The notes beneath the pieces are model-generated. The model was not told where the DNA came from and made no database searches. It saw only the letters and a program-made list of their open reading frames with translations. Shown one piece after another: positions 54,469 through 64,000 of a stretch of DNA of 64,000 nucleotides. The DNA comes from an uncultured Actinomycetota bacterium (GTDB lineage Bacteria > Actinomycetota > Actinomycetes > Actinomycetales > CAVURS01). Numbering within the stretch: position 1 is the stretch's first letter; each line of letters starts with the position of its first letter. Both the position numbers and the translations under genes were made by a program. The stretch covers positions 56,238 to 120,237 of the forward strand of contig CAWCEI010000012.1 in the NCBI GenBank assembly GCA_963794535.1. Direction: 5' to 3'.

Positions 54469-54906
54469 CTACGTCTGGTGGTCGGCGGACGACCCGTGCA
54501 TGACGAGCACCGGGCACGTGGCGTGCTCGGCGACAACGGCACTCACCGAGCCGAGCAGGAGTCCGGCGAAGCCGCCATGTCCACGGCTACCGACGACCAG
54601 CATCGCGGCCCCTCGGCTGCGCTCGATCAGGACGTGTGCCGCGCTGCCGTTGGCGACCAGGATCTCCAGACCGATCGGCCGGTCCGGGCCGAAGACGTCG
54701 TCAACCACCTGGGTGACGCACTTGGTGATGTCGTCCTTGGGGTCCCAGTCCAGAGCCGGGCCGGCCATTCCGTAGCTGACCGGGACGTGCCAGGCACCGA
54801 CGACCTCCAGGCTGGCGGCCAACGGTCCGGCCAGGCGCGCGGCGTACCGCAGGGCGTCTTTTGACTGGTCCGATCCATCGACTCCGACGACGATGCGCTG
54901 AGACAT
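54469..54906 (-). CDS. Universal stress protein
   Basis: IVVGVDGS, VVGSRGHGGFAGLLLGSVS, CPVLV. Confidence 0.95.
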   Translation of the reverse strand: MSQRIVVGVDGSDQSKDALRYAARLAGPLAASLEVVGAWHVPVSYGMAGPALDWDPKDDITKCVTQVVDDVFGPDRPIGLEILVANGSAAHVLIERSRGAAMLVVGSRGHGGFAGLLLGSVSAVVAEHATCPVLVMHGSSADHQT

Positions 54907-54982
54907 GTCCGCCCCTCTCATGCAGTGCCAGCCGTTCTGGCCCTCCATGTCCACTCTGCGCTCCCTCGCCCGCCGGGAACGA

Positions 54983-54996
54983 GGGCCCAAAGTCCT
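54983..54996. promoter_or_regulatory. DosR-type box
   Basis: GGGCCCAAAGTCCT upstream of usp-mgtA-ctpF. Confidence 0.65.
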
Positions 54997-55007
54997 ACGG
55001 TTGAGAG

Positions 55008-55977
55008 ATGACCACGATCACCGGTCTCTCCGGCGCTGTTCTCGTGACCCGCGACGAGGCGGTTGTCATGCAGGCATCGGGCGGCTTCGCCGATGCCTCG
55101 GCCGGCGTGTTCTGTACGCCGGGGACCAGGTTCCAGATCGCCTCGGTCAGCAAGCAGCTGACGGCCGCGATGGTCATGCTGCTGGTCGACGAGGGCGAGG
55201 TCTCGCTGGACGACCGGCTGGATCGCTTCCTCCCCGGCTGTCCGGCGCATTGGCAGGCCTTGACGATGCATCAAGTCCTGACCCACACCTCGGGCCTCGG
55301 GCACTGGGGCGACCTGCCGGGGTTTCGAGGAGAACCACCCCGGTACGCCGGATGAGTTCCTGGCCCGCTTCGCCGACGTGCCCCTGTGCTCCACCCCCGG
55401 CACGACCTGGAGCTACAGCTCCCCGGGGTACCTGTTGGCGGCTCGGGTCGTCGAGGCAGTCAGCGGTGCGGCGTACGCCGATGTCCTGACCGCGCGGATC
55501 CTGGCGCCAGTCGGCCTGAGCGCATCGGTCATCGGGCGGACACCGGCTGACGGTGCGGCGTGGGGCTACCGCGCGGGGAGCCGGGTGGACGTGCCCGAAT
55601 TCGCCGCCATCCCCGGCACCGGCGACGTCTGGTCCACCGTCGACGATCTCGCCCGCTACACAACGGCTTTCGAGGCCGGCGAGCTGCTCAGCCGGAGCTC
55701 GCGCCAGGCGATGGCGAGCCGTCTGGTGCTGCTGTCCGAACCGCCCGACCCGGACGACCCGGCCCCGGCCGACGGCTATGGCTACGGCTACTTCCTGGGA
55801 ACGGTGGGCGGCCACCGAGCGCGCTTCCACCCGGGTGACAACCCGGGCTACCAGTCCTTCCTCGCCTATCTGCCCGAGCTACGCGCGACCATCGTGATCC
55901 TCTGCAATACCGAGGAGTCCGACCGCAACGCCTTACTCCGCCAATGCCTTTCGGCTCTGAACCAGGAGGCGATCTAG
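55008..55977 (+). CDS. Serine hydrolase (beta-lactamase-like; one frameshift)
   Basis: FQIASVSK (SxxK), LTHTSG, YSSPGY, HPG. Confidence 0.88.
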
Positions 55978-56504
55978 CCGACGACGCCGCCCTGCGGGCT
56001 CGGCCGCCGGCTCTCGAAGTCCAACAGGCCGACCCAGGTCGGGCGGACGGCGATCCGGGCCTGCCGAGTGCCGGGCTGGTCGAGCGAGGCGAGCATCCCG
56101 GCGGCGGCCTCGGCCCCGAGGTAGCGGCGCGCGGCCGCGGCGTACTCCTCGGCAATGCCGTCGACCTCGGTGATGCTCGCCTGGCCGCGCACGGTCAGGA
56201 TGTGCGGCGGGAAGCCCTCCGTGTCGATGGTCAGCGCGACTGCCGGGTTGGCGCGCAGGGCGGCCAGCCGGGCCGCCGGGTGGCGGATGCCGATCTGCGG
56301 TCCGGCGACATAGGTGACCATCACGACCTCGGAGCCGGTCCAGTGGAACCAGGAGGGGACGACCCGCGGCGTGCCGTCGGTCCAGACGAAGGCCAGCCGG
56401 GCCGGGATCGCGGCCCGCAGCAGCTCCTGGGCCAGCTCGGTCTCCAGCAGGGCCAGGTCGCCCTGGCGCAGCGGGTGGGACTGGCTGGTCGATGCGGACG
56501 TCAT
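55974..56504 (-). CDS. PPOX-like split-barrel protein
   Basis: ARLAF...DGTPRVVP.WF, NPAVALTID. Confidence 0.85.
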   Translation of the reverse strand: MTSASTSQSHPLRQGDLALLETELAQELLRAAIPARLAFVWTDGTPRVVPSWFHWTGSEVVMVTYVAGPQIGIRHPAARLAALRANPAVALTIDTEGFPPHILTVRGQASITEVDGIAEEYAAAARRYLGAEAAAGMLASLDQPGTRQARIAVRPTWVGLLDFESRRPSPQGGVVG

Positions 56505-56602
56505 GGTGGCCTCCAGAGGGTCTGAGTCTCGTCAAGGAACTGACCCGACCGACCGTAGCAGGGTTAGTTCCCTCACGGAACCCACTAGGTTACGATCGCC
56601 GC

Positions 56603-57067
56603 ATGCAGCGCACCGACTTCGCCGCCTTCACCTGCTCGATCGCCCGCACCCTCGACGTGGTCGGCGAGCCGTGGACGCCGCTGATCCTGCGCGACGTCAT
56701 GGTGGGCATCCGTCGCTTCGACGAGATCCAGGCCGACCTCGGCATCTCCCGCAAGGTGCTGACCGAACGTCTTAGCTGGCTGGTGGAGCACGAGGTCCTG
56801 GCCCGCCAGGAGTACTCCCGTACCCCACCGCGCAGCGAGTACGTCCTGACCGACAAGGGGGCCGAGCTCTGCGACCTGCTTCTCGTGATGAACCACTGGG
56901 GCGACCGGTGGACGGCCGGTGCGGCCGGCCCCCCGGTGCTCCACCGCCATCACACCTGTGGCCAGATCAGCCACGTCGAGCTGCACTGCTCCGCCTGCGA
57001 CCAGCCGATGAGCGTGCACACCATCGACGTACTTCCGGGTCCGGGGCGAGCGGCCGCACAGGCGTGA
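56603..57067 (+). CDS. HxlR family regulator
   Basis: CSIARTLDVVGEPW, RRFDE, EYVLTDKG; inverted repeat GGAACTGACCC/GGGTTAGTTCC upstream. Confidence 0.92.
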   Translation: MQRTDFAAFTCSIARTLDVVGEPWTPLILRDVMVGIRRFDEIQADLGISRKVLTERLSWLVEHEVLARQEYSRTPPRSEYVLTDKGAELCDLLLVMNHWGDRWTAGAAGPPVLHRHHTCGQISHVELHCSACDQPMSVHTIDVLPGPGRAAAQA

Positions 57068-57098
57068 GCGCCCGGAGCCGAGTGGCTCCGGGCGCTCA
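57065..57098. terminator. Hairpin between convergent genes
   Basis: TGAGCGCCCGGAGCC-GAGT-GGCTCCGGGCGCTCA. Confidence 0.8.
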
Positions 57099-57126
57099 GT
57101 GCCTTTCGAGTGCGGTCAGGTCACCG

Positions 57127-57717
57127 TCAGGCGACGGCCACCGGCTCCCGCGGCTGGGTGGGTGCCCCGGCTGCGACCTCGTGGCCGGCGCGACGAGCGT
57201 GCACCAGACCGAGGGCCGAGAGGAGCAGGATCACTCCAGCGGCGATGAAGGCGACGATCGCCGCGATCCCGGCCAGCATGCCCATGGTGCCGAAGGCGTA
57301 GGCGTTGAGCAGCAGGCCGCGCAGCGTCTCACCCTTGAACATCGTGGCGACCTGGCCCTGGAGCTTCTGGTCGTCGGGGTTGGCCTGCGCCTTGCTGCTG
57401 AGCTGGGCGTAGGTCTGGCCGTCGGCGACCTCGCCGAGGTGCACCCCGATGAACGAGTTGGCGTAGACCTTGGCCTGCGCACCGGTGGTCATCTGCTGGC
57501 CGGCGTACTGCTGCATGTCCTTGAACTGCGGCCCGGCAATGGCGTCGCTGCCCTTGGGCGGGAAGAAGATCTTCTGGGCGGACAACTGGTCGTGGACCTG
57601 GCCCTCGACGAAGTGGTTGGCCCAGGTCAGCAGTCCGCCGGCTGCGATGAGAACCGCAGCAACGGTGAGGCCGACCGAGCTGACGAGCTTGTCAACTGTC
57701 GTGCGCTTCATGGTCAT
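57127..57717 (-). CDS. Two-TM membrane protein of unknown function
   Basis: AAGGAG RBS; TM-QLSAQKIFFP...YANSFIGVHL...TYAQL...GETLRGLLLNAYAF-TM. Confidence 0.85.
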   Translation of the reverse strand: MTMKRTTVDKLVSSVGLTVAAVLIAAGGLLTWANHFVEGQVHDQLSAQKIFFPPKGSDAIAGPQFKDMQQYAGQQMTTGAQAKVYANSFIGVHLGEVADGQTYAQLSSKAQANPDDQKLQGQVATMFKGETLRGLLLNAYAFGTMGMLAGIAAIVAFIAAGVILLLSALGLVHARRAGHEVAAGAPTQPREPVAVA

Positions 57718-57795
57718 TCTCCTTGTGTCCTGGGCAAGAGGCTCGTTGCCTCTGTCCCTTGGTTCCATGCTTGCTTGGCTTGTGGCCCGTGCCCC

Positions 57796-57829
57796 GGGCC
57801 GAAGGTCCCCCTTCTCTGCTGAAGGTCCC
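57796..57829. promoter_or_regulatory. Tandem DosR-type boxes
   Basis: GGGCCGAAGGTCCC (57796) and partial TGCTGAAGGTCCC (57817). Confidence 0.75.
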
Positions 57830-57841
57830 GTCCGCCAGGAC

Positions 57842-58249
57842 CTACTCGGCGATCGGGAAACGGCGGCCGGTGACGACGTCCGGCTCGATCCGCACGAAGA
57901 TCGGCTTGTCCCCGGCATGCATCGGGCGCAACGGCAGTGTCCGGACGAACTCGAGCTCGGGTTGCAGGGTGATGTCGCTGGCCCGCCCCTTGACCACGAC
58001 GCTCCACGCCATGCCCGTCTCGGGGTCGACACCATCGGCCTCCAGAGCCACGACGCCGCGCGACCGGGCGGCGATGTGCTTCTGTCCCGGACTGGTGCGA
58101 AACACGATCGTCCCGTTCGCCACGACGTAGTTGATCGGGAAGATGTCCGGCGCAGAGTCTCGACAGATCGCCAGCCGGCCCACGTCCGTTGTGCCGAGGT
58201 GTTCCCAGCACTCGCGCGATGTCAGCTGCGTTGTCGTGTCGTCATCCAT
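57842..58249 (-). CDS. Pyridoxamine 5'-phosphate oxidase-like protein
   Basis: ECWEHL, GRLA, IFPINY, FRT, WSVVVKG; close paralogue of 47706-48152. Confidence 0.9.
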   Translation of the reverse strand: MDDDTTTQLTSRECWEHLGTTDVGRLAICRDSAPDIFPINYVVANGTIVFRTSPGQKHIAARSRGVVALEADGVDPETGMAWSVVVKGRASDITLQPELEFVRTLPLRPMHAGDKPIFVRIEPDVVTGRRFPIAE

Positions 58250-58306
58250 AGACCGATCATTGGGCCGCCCGCGCACCCGCGGAGGAGGCATGGGGCACCG
58301 TCACGA

Positions 58307-58320
58307 GGGACCTTCGGCCC
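58307..58320. promoter_or_regulatory. DosR-type box
   Basis: GGGACCTTCGGCCC, the exact reverse complement of the 47635 and 57796 boxes. Confidence 0.8.
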
Positions 58321-58380
58321 TGACCCGTCGTAGCGCTGTTGCCTAGCCTCAGGGGCACGGAAACCGAAGGAGCTGGACTG

Positions 58381-58839
58381 ATGATGAACACCGCCGGCAC
58401 ACCCGCCCATCTGCCACCCCACGAGTGCTGGGCCGAGCTGCGCACTGTCGAGCTCGGCCGGCTCGCCTTCGTCGCCGAGGGCGGGCAGGAGCTCCTCCCG
58501 GTCAACTTCGTCGTCGACCAGGGCAGCGTCGTCGTCCGTACGTCGACGCGTTCGCGGATCAGCCTCGTCGCAGACGGGCGGCAGCTGGCTTTCGAGGCCG
58601 ACGGCCAGTCCGACGGTCAGGCCTGGAGTGTCGTGGTCAAGGGCCACGCCAAGGAGATCCGTGACCTCTACGAGAGCGTCGATGCCGCTGGGCTGCCGCT
58701 GCGTCCCCAGCAAGGTGGCACGAAGGACTGCCTGCTTCGGATCGTCGCCGACGAGGTCAGCGGACGACAGTTCCCGGTCGCCCCGTCGAGCCTCTGGGAC
58801 ACGGCCGTGACGTCCGCTCGTCGCTCGGCGGCCGAATGA
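58381..58839 (+). CDS. Pyridoxamine 5'-phosphate oxidase-like protein
   Basis: ECWAEL, GRLAF, PVNF, AFEADG, WSVVVKG. Confidence 0.9.
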   Translation: MMNTAGTPAHLPPHECWAELRTVELGRLAFVAEGGQELLPVNFVVDQGSVVVRTSTRSRISLVADGRQLAFEADGQSDGQAWSVVVKGHAKEIRDLYESVDAAGLPLRPQQGGTKDCLLRIVADEVSGRQFPVAPSSLWDTAVTSARRSAAE

Positions 58840-58903
58840 GCGGCATCATGGGCCGAGAACGACAGGCCACCGCTGCCCCTGGGCAGCCGCGAGGAGTGAC
58901 GGT

Positions 58904-59644
58904 ATGACGATCCGGGTCTTCCTGCTGGACGACCACGAGGTCGTGCGGCGGGGTCTGCGTGAGCTGCTCGAGCTCGAGGACGACATCGAGGTCGTCGGCG
59001 AGTCCGGTTCGGCGGCCGAGGCGGTCCGCCGCATCCCGGCACTGCGCCCCGACGTCGCCGTGCTCGATGGACGGCTGCCGGACGGCTCGGGCATCGACGT
59101 GTGCCGCGACATCCGGTCCATCGACCCTTCGATCAATGCGCTGATCCTCACGTCGTACGACGATGACGCTGCGCTCTTCGCGGCCATCATGGCTGGCGCG
59201 GCCGGCTACGTGCTCAAGGACATTCGCGGCAACGACCTCATCGATGGCATCCGCCGGGTGGCGGCGGGACAGTCCCTCCTCGACCCGGCCGTGACGGCCA
59301 GAGTCCTCGAGCGGCTGCGGACCGGCCCGGCCCAGGACCCGCGGCTCGCCGGCCTGACCGACCAGGAGCGGCGCATCCTGGACCACATCGCCGAGGGCAT
59401 GACCAACCGGCAGATCGGCGAGGCGATGTTCCTCGCCGAGAAGACCGTGAAGAACTACGTCTCGAGCCTGCTGGCCAAGCTCGGCATGGAGCGCCGCACG
59501 CAGGCCGCGGTGTTCGCCGCCGGGCTCAAGGACGAGCGCACCAGCTCTGAGCCCGCTGCAGCCATCCGCTGGTCGGGACCAAAGTCCCGACCAGGCGGGC
59601 CAGGTGGTCCTGACGCCGGCTCACCGAAAGCACTGCGAGCCTGA
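58904..59644 (+). CDS. dosR: DosR/DevR-like response regulator
   Basis: [39 protein letters not shown]...MTNRQI...[26 protein letters not shown]; the C-terminal tail may be artefactually extended. Confidence 0.88.
   Translation: MTIRVFLLDDHEVVRRGLRELLELEDDIEVVGESGSAAEAVRRIPALRPDVAVLDGRLPDGSGIDVCRDIRSIDPSINALILTSYDDDAALFAAIMAGAAGYVLKDIRGNDLIDGIRRVAAGQSLLDPAVTARVLERLRTGPAQDPRLAGLTDQERRILDHIAEGMTNRQIGEAMFLAEKTVKNYVSSLLAKLGMERRTQAAVFAAGLKDERTSSEPAAAIRWSGPKSRPGGPGGPDAGSPKALRA
59575..59588. promoter_or_regulatory. DosR-type box upstream of cydA
   Basis: GGGACCAAAGTCCC about 95 nt before the cydA start. Confidence 0.75.
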
Positions 59645-59683
59645 GGGCACGACGCGCACGGCGTCGGTCTGAAGGAGGCTCGC

Positions 59684-61108
59684 GTGGACGCGCTCGACGT
59701 CGCCCGGTGGCAGTTCGGCATCATCACCGTCTACCACTTCTTGTTCGTCCCGATCACGATCGGCATGTCGATGCTCGTCGCGATCCTGCAGACCGCCTGG
59801 GTCCGCACCGGCAAGGAGCACTACCTCCGGGCCACCAAGTTCTGGGGCAAGCTGTTCCTGATCAACTTCGCGATGGGCGTCGTCACGGGCATCGTCCAGG
59901 AGTTCCAGTTCGGCATGAACTGGAGCGCCTACTCGCGCTTCGTCGGTGACATCTTCGGCGCCCCGCTCGCCATCGAGGGACTGCTCGCGTTCTTCCTCGA
60001 GTCGACGTTCCTCGGCCTGTGGATCTTCGGCTGGGGCCGGCTGCCCAAGAAGGTGCACCTGGCCTCGATCTGGCTGGCCGCGATCGGCACCCTGCTGTCG
60101 GCGTACTTCATCCTGGCGGCCAACTCGTGGATGCAGCACCCGGTCGGCTACGCGATCGACCACGACGCGACACCGCGCCGTGCTCAACGACTTCGGCGCG
60201 GTCCTGACCAGAACGACGACGCTGGTCACCTTCGCGCACACCATCACGGCGGCGTTCCTGACCGCCGCCATGTTCATGCTCGGCATCTGCGCCTGGCACC
60301 TCGTGCGGCGGACCCATCTCGACGTCATCCGGCCCTCCCTGCGGTTCGCCGCCTGGGTCGGGCTGGTCGCCGGCCTGCTCGACTGCGGTGACCGGCGACC
60401 TCCAGGCCCGGGTCATGACCGAGCAGCAGCCGATGAAGATGGCCGCCGCCGAGGCGCTCTACAACACGTCGAGCCCGGCGTCGTTCTCGCTGTTCACGAT
60501 CGGCAGCCTCGACGGCCGCAGCGAGGTCTGGAGCCTGCGGATCCCGAACGGCCTGTCCTGCTCGCCACGACCACCCCCGACGGCGCGGTCGAGGGCATCA
60601 ACAACATCCAGCAGCGCTACGAGCAGACCTACGGCCCGGGCGACTACCGGCCCAACGTCGCCGTGGCCTACTGGTCGTTCCGCCTGATGATCGGCTTCGG
60701 CGTCGCTGGCCATCCTGCTGGCCCTGGCCGGCGTCTGGGCGACCCGCCGCGGCCGGCTGCCCGAGCCGACGCTGGTGGTGGCGGCTCGTCGCCGCTCGCC
60801 GTCGCTGCTTCCGTTGCTGGCCAACACCTTCGGCTGGATCTTCACCGAGATGGGCCGGCAGCCCTGGGCGGTCTTCGGCGTGATGAGGACGGCCGACGGC
60901 GTCTCGCCCAGCGTCGGCGCGGCCACGGTCGCCACGTCGCTCATCGTCTTCACCCTGCTGTACGCCGCCCTGGCGGTCGTCGAGGTCGGGCTGCTCGTCC
61001 GCTACGCCAAGGCCGGACCGGCCGCCGGCGCCGCGCCGGCGACGACCAGCCGCCCACGTCCGACTCGGCACCGACGAGCCGGGCGACCAGCTCGCGTTCG
61101 CGTACTGA
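59684..61108 (+). CDS. cydA: Cytochrome bd oxidase subunit I (frameshifted)
   Basis: ARWQF...[41 protein letters not shown]. Confidence 0.95.
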
Positions 61109-61137
61109 GCCGCCCCACTACGGGAGAGGCAGACACC

Positions 61138-62202
<1,065 letters not shown>

Positions 62203-62206
<4 letters not shown>

Positions 62207-63897
62207 GGCCGCTCGACCCGCGGCTGCTGCGGTACGCCGCGTGCGGTCCGGCCGTACCTGGTCGCGACGGCCGCGCTCGGGGTGGCGACGGCCGGGCTGG
62301 TCGTGGCCCAGGCCTGGCTGCTCGCCGACACGATCACCGCGGCCTTCCTGGACGGCGCCGGCCTGGCGCGAGCTGGCGCCGACCTGGGTCGGCTGGCTGG
62401 CAGCGGTCGTCGTCGCTCGGGCCTGGTGTCCGGCGGCCAGGAGTGCGCTGGCCCGGTCACGACGTCGGTGCGGGTGCAGGCCCAGCTGCGAAAGCGCCTG
62501 CTGGACAAGGTCTTCGAGCTCGGGCCGGCGCTGGCTCTCCGGGCAGCGGTCGGCGGAGATCTCGCTGCTGGCCACGCGCGGCGTCCGGGTGCTGGACGGC
62601 TACTTCGCGCAGTACCTGCCCCAGCTCGTCCTGGCCGGGCTGATCCCGGTCGGTGGTGCTGGCCTGCCTGCTGCCGGCCGACCTGGTGGCCTTCGCCACC
62701 GTGCTGGTGACCGTGCCGCTGGTGCCGGTGTTCATGGCCCTGGTCGGCCTGACCACCGCAGGAGCGCACCCGCCGCAGTGGGCCAGCCTGCAGCGGCTGG
62801 GCCACCACTTCCTCGACGTCGTGAGCGGCCTGACCACCCTCAAGATCTACGGCCGGGCCCGGCGCCAGGCCGCGGTCGTGGCGCGGGTGACCGACGACTA
62901 CCGCCGGGCGACGATGGCGACGCTGCGGCTGGCCTTCCTGTCCTCGCTGGTGCTGGAGCTGCTGGCGACCCTGTCGGTGGCGCTGGTCGCCGTCGGCATC
63001 GGCCTGCGGCTGGTGGCCGGCGACCTCGACCTGCGCACCGCGCTGTTCGTCCTGATCCTGGCGCCCGAGGCCTACCTGCCGCTGCGCCGGCTGGGCGCGG
63101 CCCACCACGCCAGCGCCGAGGGGCTGGCGGCCGCCGAGGCGATGTTCGCCGTCATCGAGACCCCGACGCCCGGCGCCGGCCCCGACGGCGTGGAGCGACC
63201 GGCCGAGCCGACCAAACCCGTTGCGGCACTGAGCATCCGGTCCCTGGTCGTCCGCCGGCCCGGGTCGCCCGGGCCCGTCGTCGACGACGTCGACCTCGAC
63301 ATCGCGCCGGGCGAGCTCGTGGCCGTCACCGGGCCCGAGCGGGGTCGGGCAAGTCCACGCTGCTCGACGCGATCCTGGGCTTCGCGCCCGATCGAGCAGC
63401 GGGCTGATCGCGGCCCGGCGACCGGCCGGCCGCCGGACCGGCTGGGCCCGATCGACTGGACGTGGCGGGCCCGGTTCGCCTGGGTCGCCCAGCGCCCGCA
63501 CGTCGTCGCAGGCACGCGTCGCCGACAACGTGCGGCTCGGCGCACCGGACGCGACCGACGCAGGAGGTGCTGCGCGCCCTGCGCGCGGCCGGCGACCTGG
63601 TCGCCGAGCTGCCGTCACGGCCTTGACCGGGTCGGTGAGGGCGGCCCGGGCTGTCGGTCGGGCAGGTCCGCCGGCTGGCCCTGGCCCGGGCCCTGGTCCG
63701 GGACGCGGCCGATCCTGCTGCTGGACGAGCCGACGGCCGGCCTCGACGCGGCCACCGAGGCGCGCGTCGTGCGCACCCTGCTCGAACCGCCCGGCGGGCC
63801 AGACCGTGCTGGTCGTCACGCACCGCCCCGCCCTGCTGGCGGCGGCCGATCGGGTCGTTGCAGCCTGGGCCGCTCGGCGGCGGCGGTGGCCGCGTGA
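62203..63897 (+). CDS. cydD: Thiol-reductant/heme ABC exporter CydD (frameshifted)
   Basis: RPLDPRL, YFAQYLPQ, TMATLRLAFLSS, LAPEAYLPLR, LLLDEPTA. Confidence 0.9.
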
Positions 63898-64000
63898 GCG
63901 CCGTCCCGACGCCGACCGAGCTGACCGACCCGACCGCGGCCGCTGCTGGCCGGCGGCCCGACTGGCTCGCCCGCCGTCTGGGCCCGGCTGGCCGTGGCCG
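63894..64000 (+). CDS. cydC: Probable 5' start of cydC (partial)
   Basis: GTGA overlap with the cydD stop and expected operon order; no diagnostic motif in view. Confidence 0.45.
   Translation, partial: MSAVPTPTELTDPTAAAAGRRPDWLARRLGPAGRG

Noticed and set aside
55008..55977. Clinical-type beta-lactamase resistance gene
   Set aside because: SxxK serine hydrolase without a signal peptide or KTG motif; esterase or peptidase activity is equally plausible

Overview
High-GC actinobacterial chromosomal segment with no rRNA, tRNA, CRISPR array, transposase or phage genes that I can recognise. Many genes carry single-base frameshifts, concentrated at about 0-2, 15-18, 31-40, 49-54 and 60-64 kb; the pattern fits uncorrected long-read errors better than true pseudogenes. 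The left two-thirds (1-42 kb) is an accessory mosaic. It holds an SDR, an EF-Tu3-like paralogue behind a short leader ORF and alternative hairpins, an ECF sigma/anti-sigma pair, a membrane HD-GYP protein fused to extracellular Ig-like repeats, a STAS protein with a LuxR regulator, and an MmyB/XRE-controlled reductase operon. It also holds an atypical subtilase, an ECF41 sigma with its promoter, an MFS-cNMP-binding fusion next to a class III cyclase-like (DUF2652-like) protein, a YtrA ABC operon, a MalT-like regulator with an MMPL module, an FtsX ABC system and a MocR-MFS pair. The right third (42-64 kb) is a hypoxia/dormancy island: a DosR/DevR-like regulator, at least 8 DosR-type boxes, USPs, CBS proteins, a Pat-type acetyltransferase, four PPOX-like paralogues, an ADH, two P-type ATPases and cydABD(C). 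The best candidates for undescribed systems are the cyclase-like + cNMP-gated MFS pair, the HD-GYP-adhesin fusion and the leader-peptide attenuator upstream of tuf3. All family assignments come from motif recognition by eye, not from database searches.
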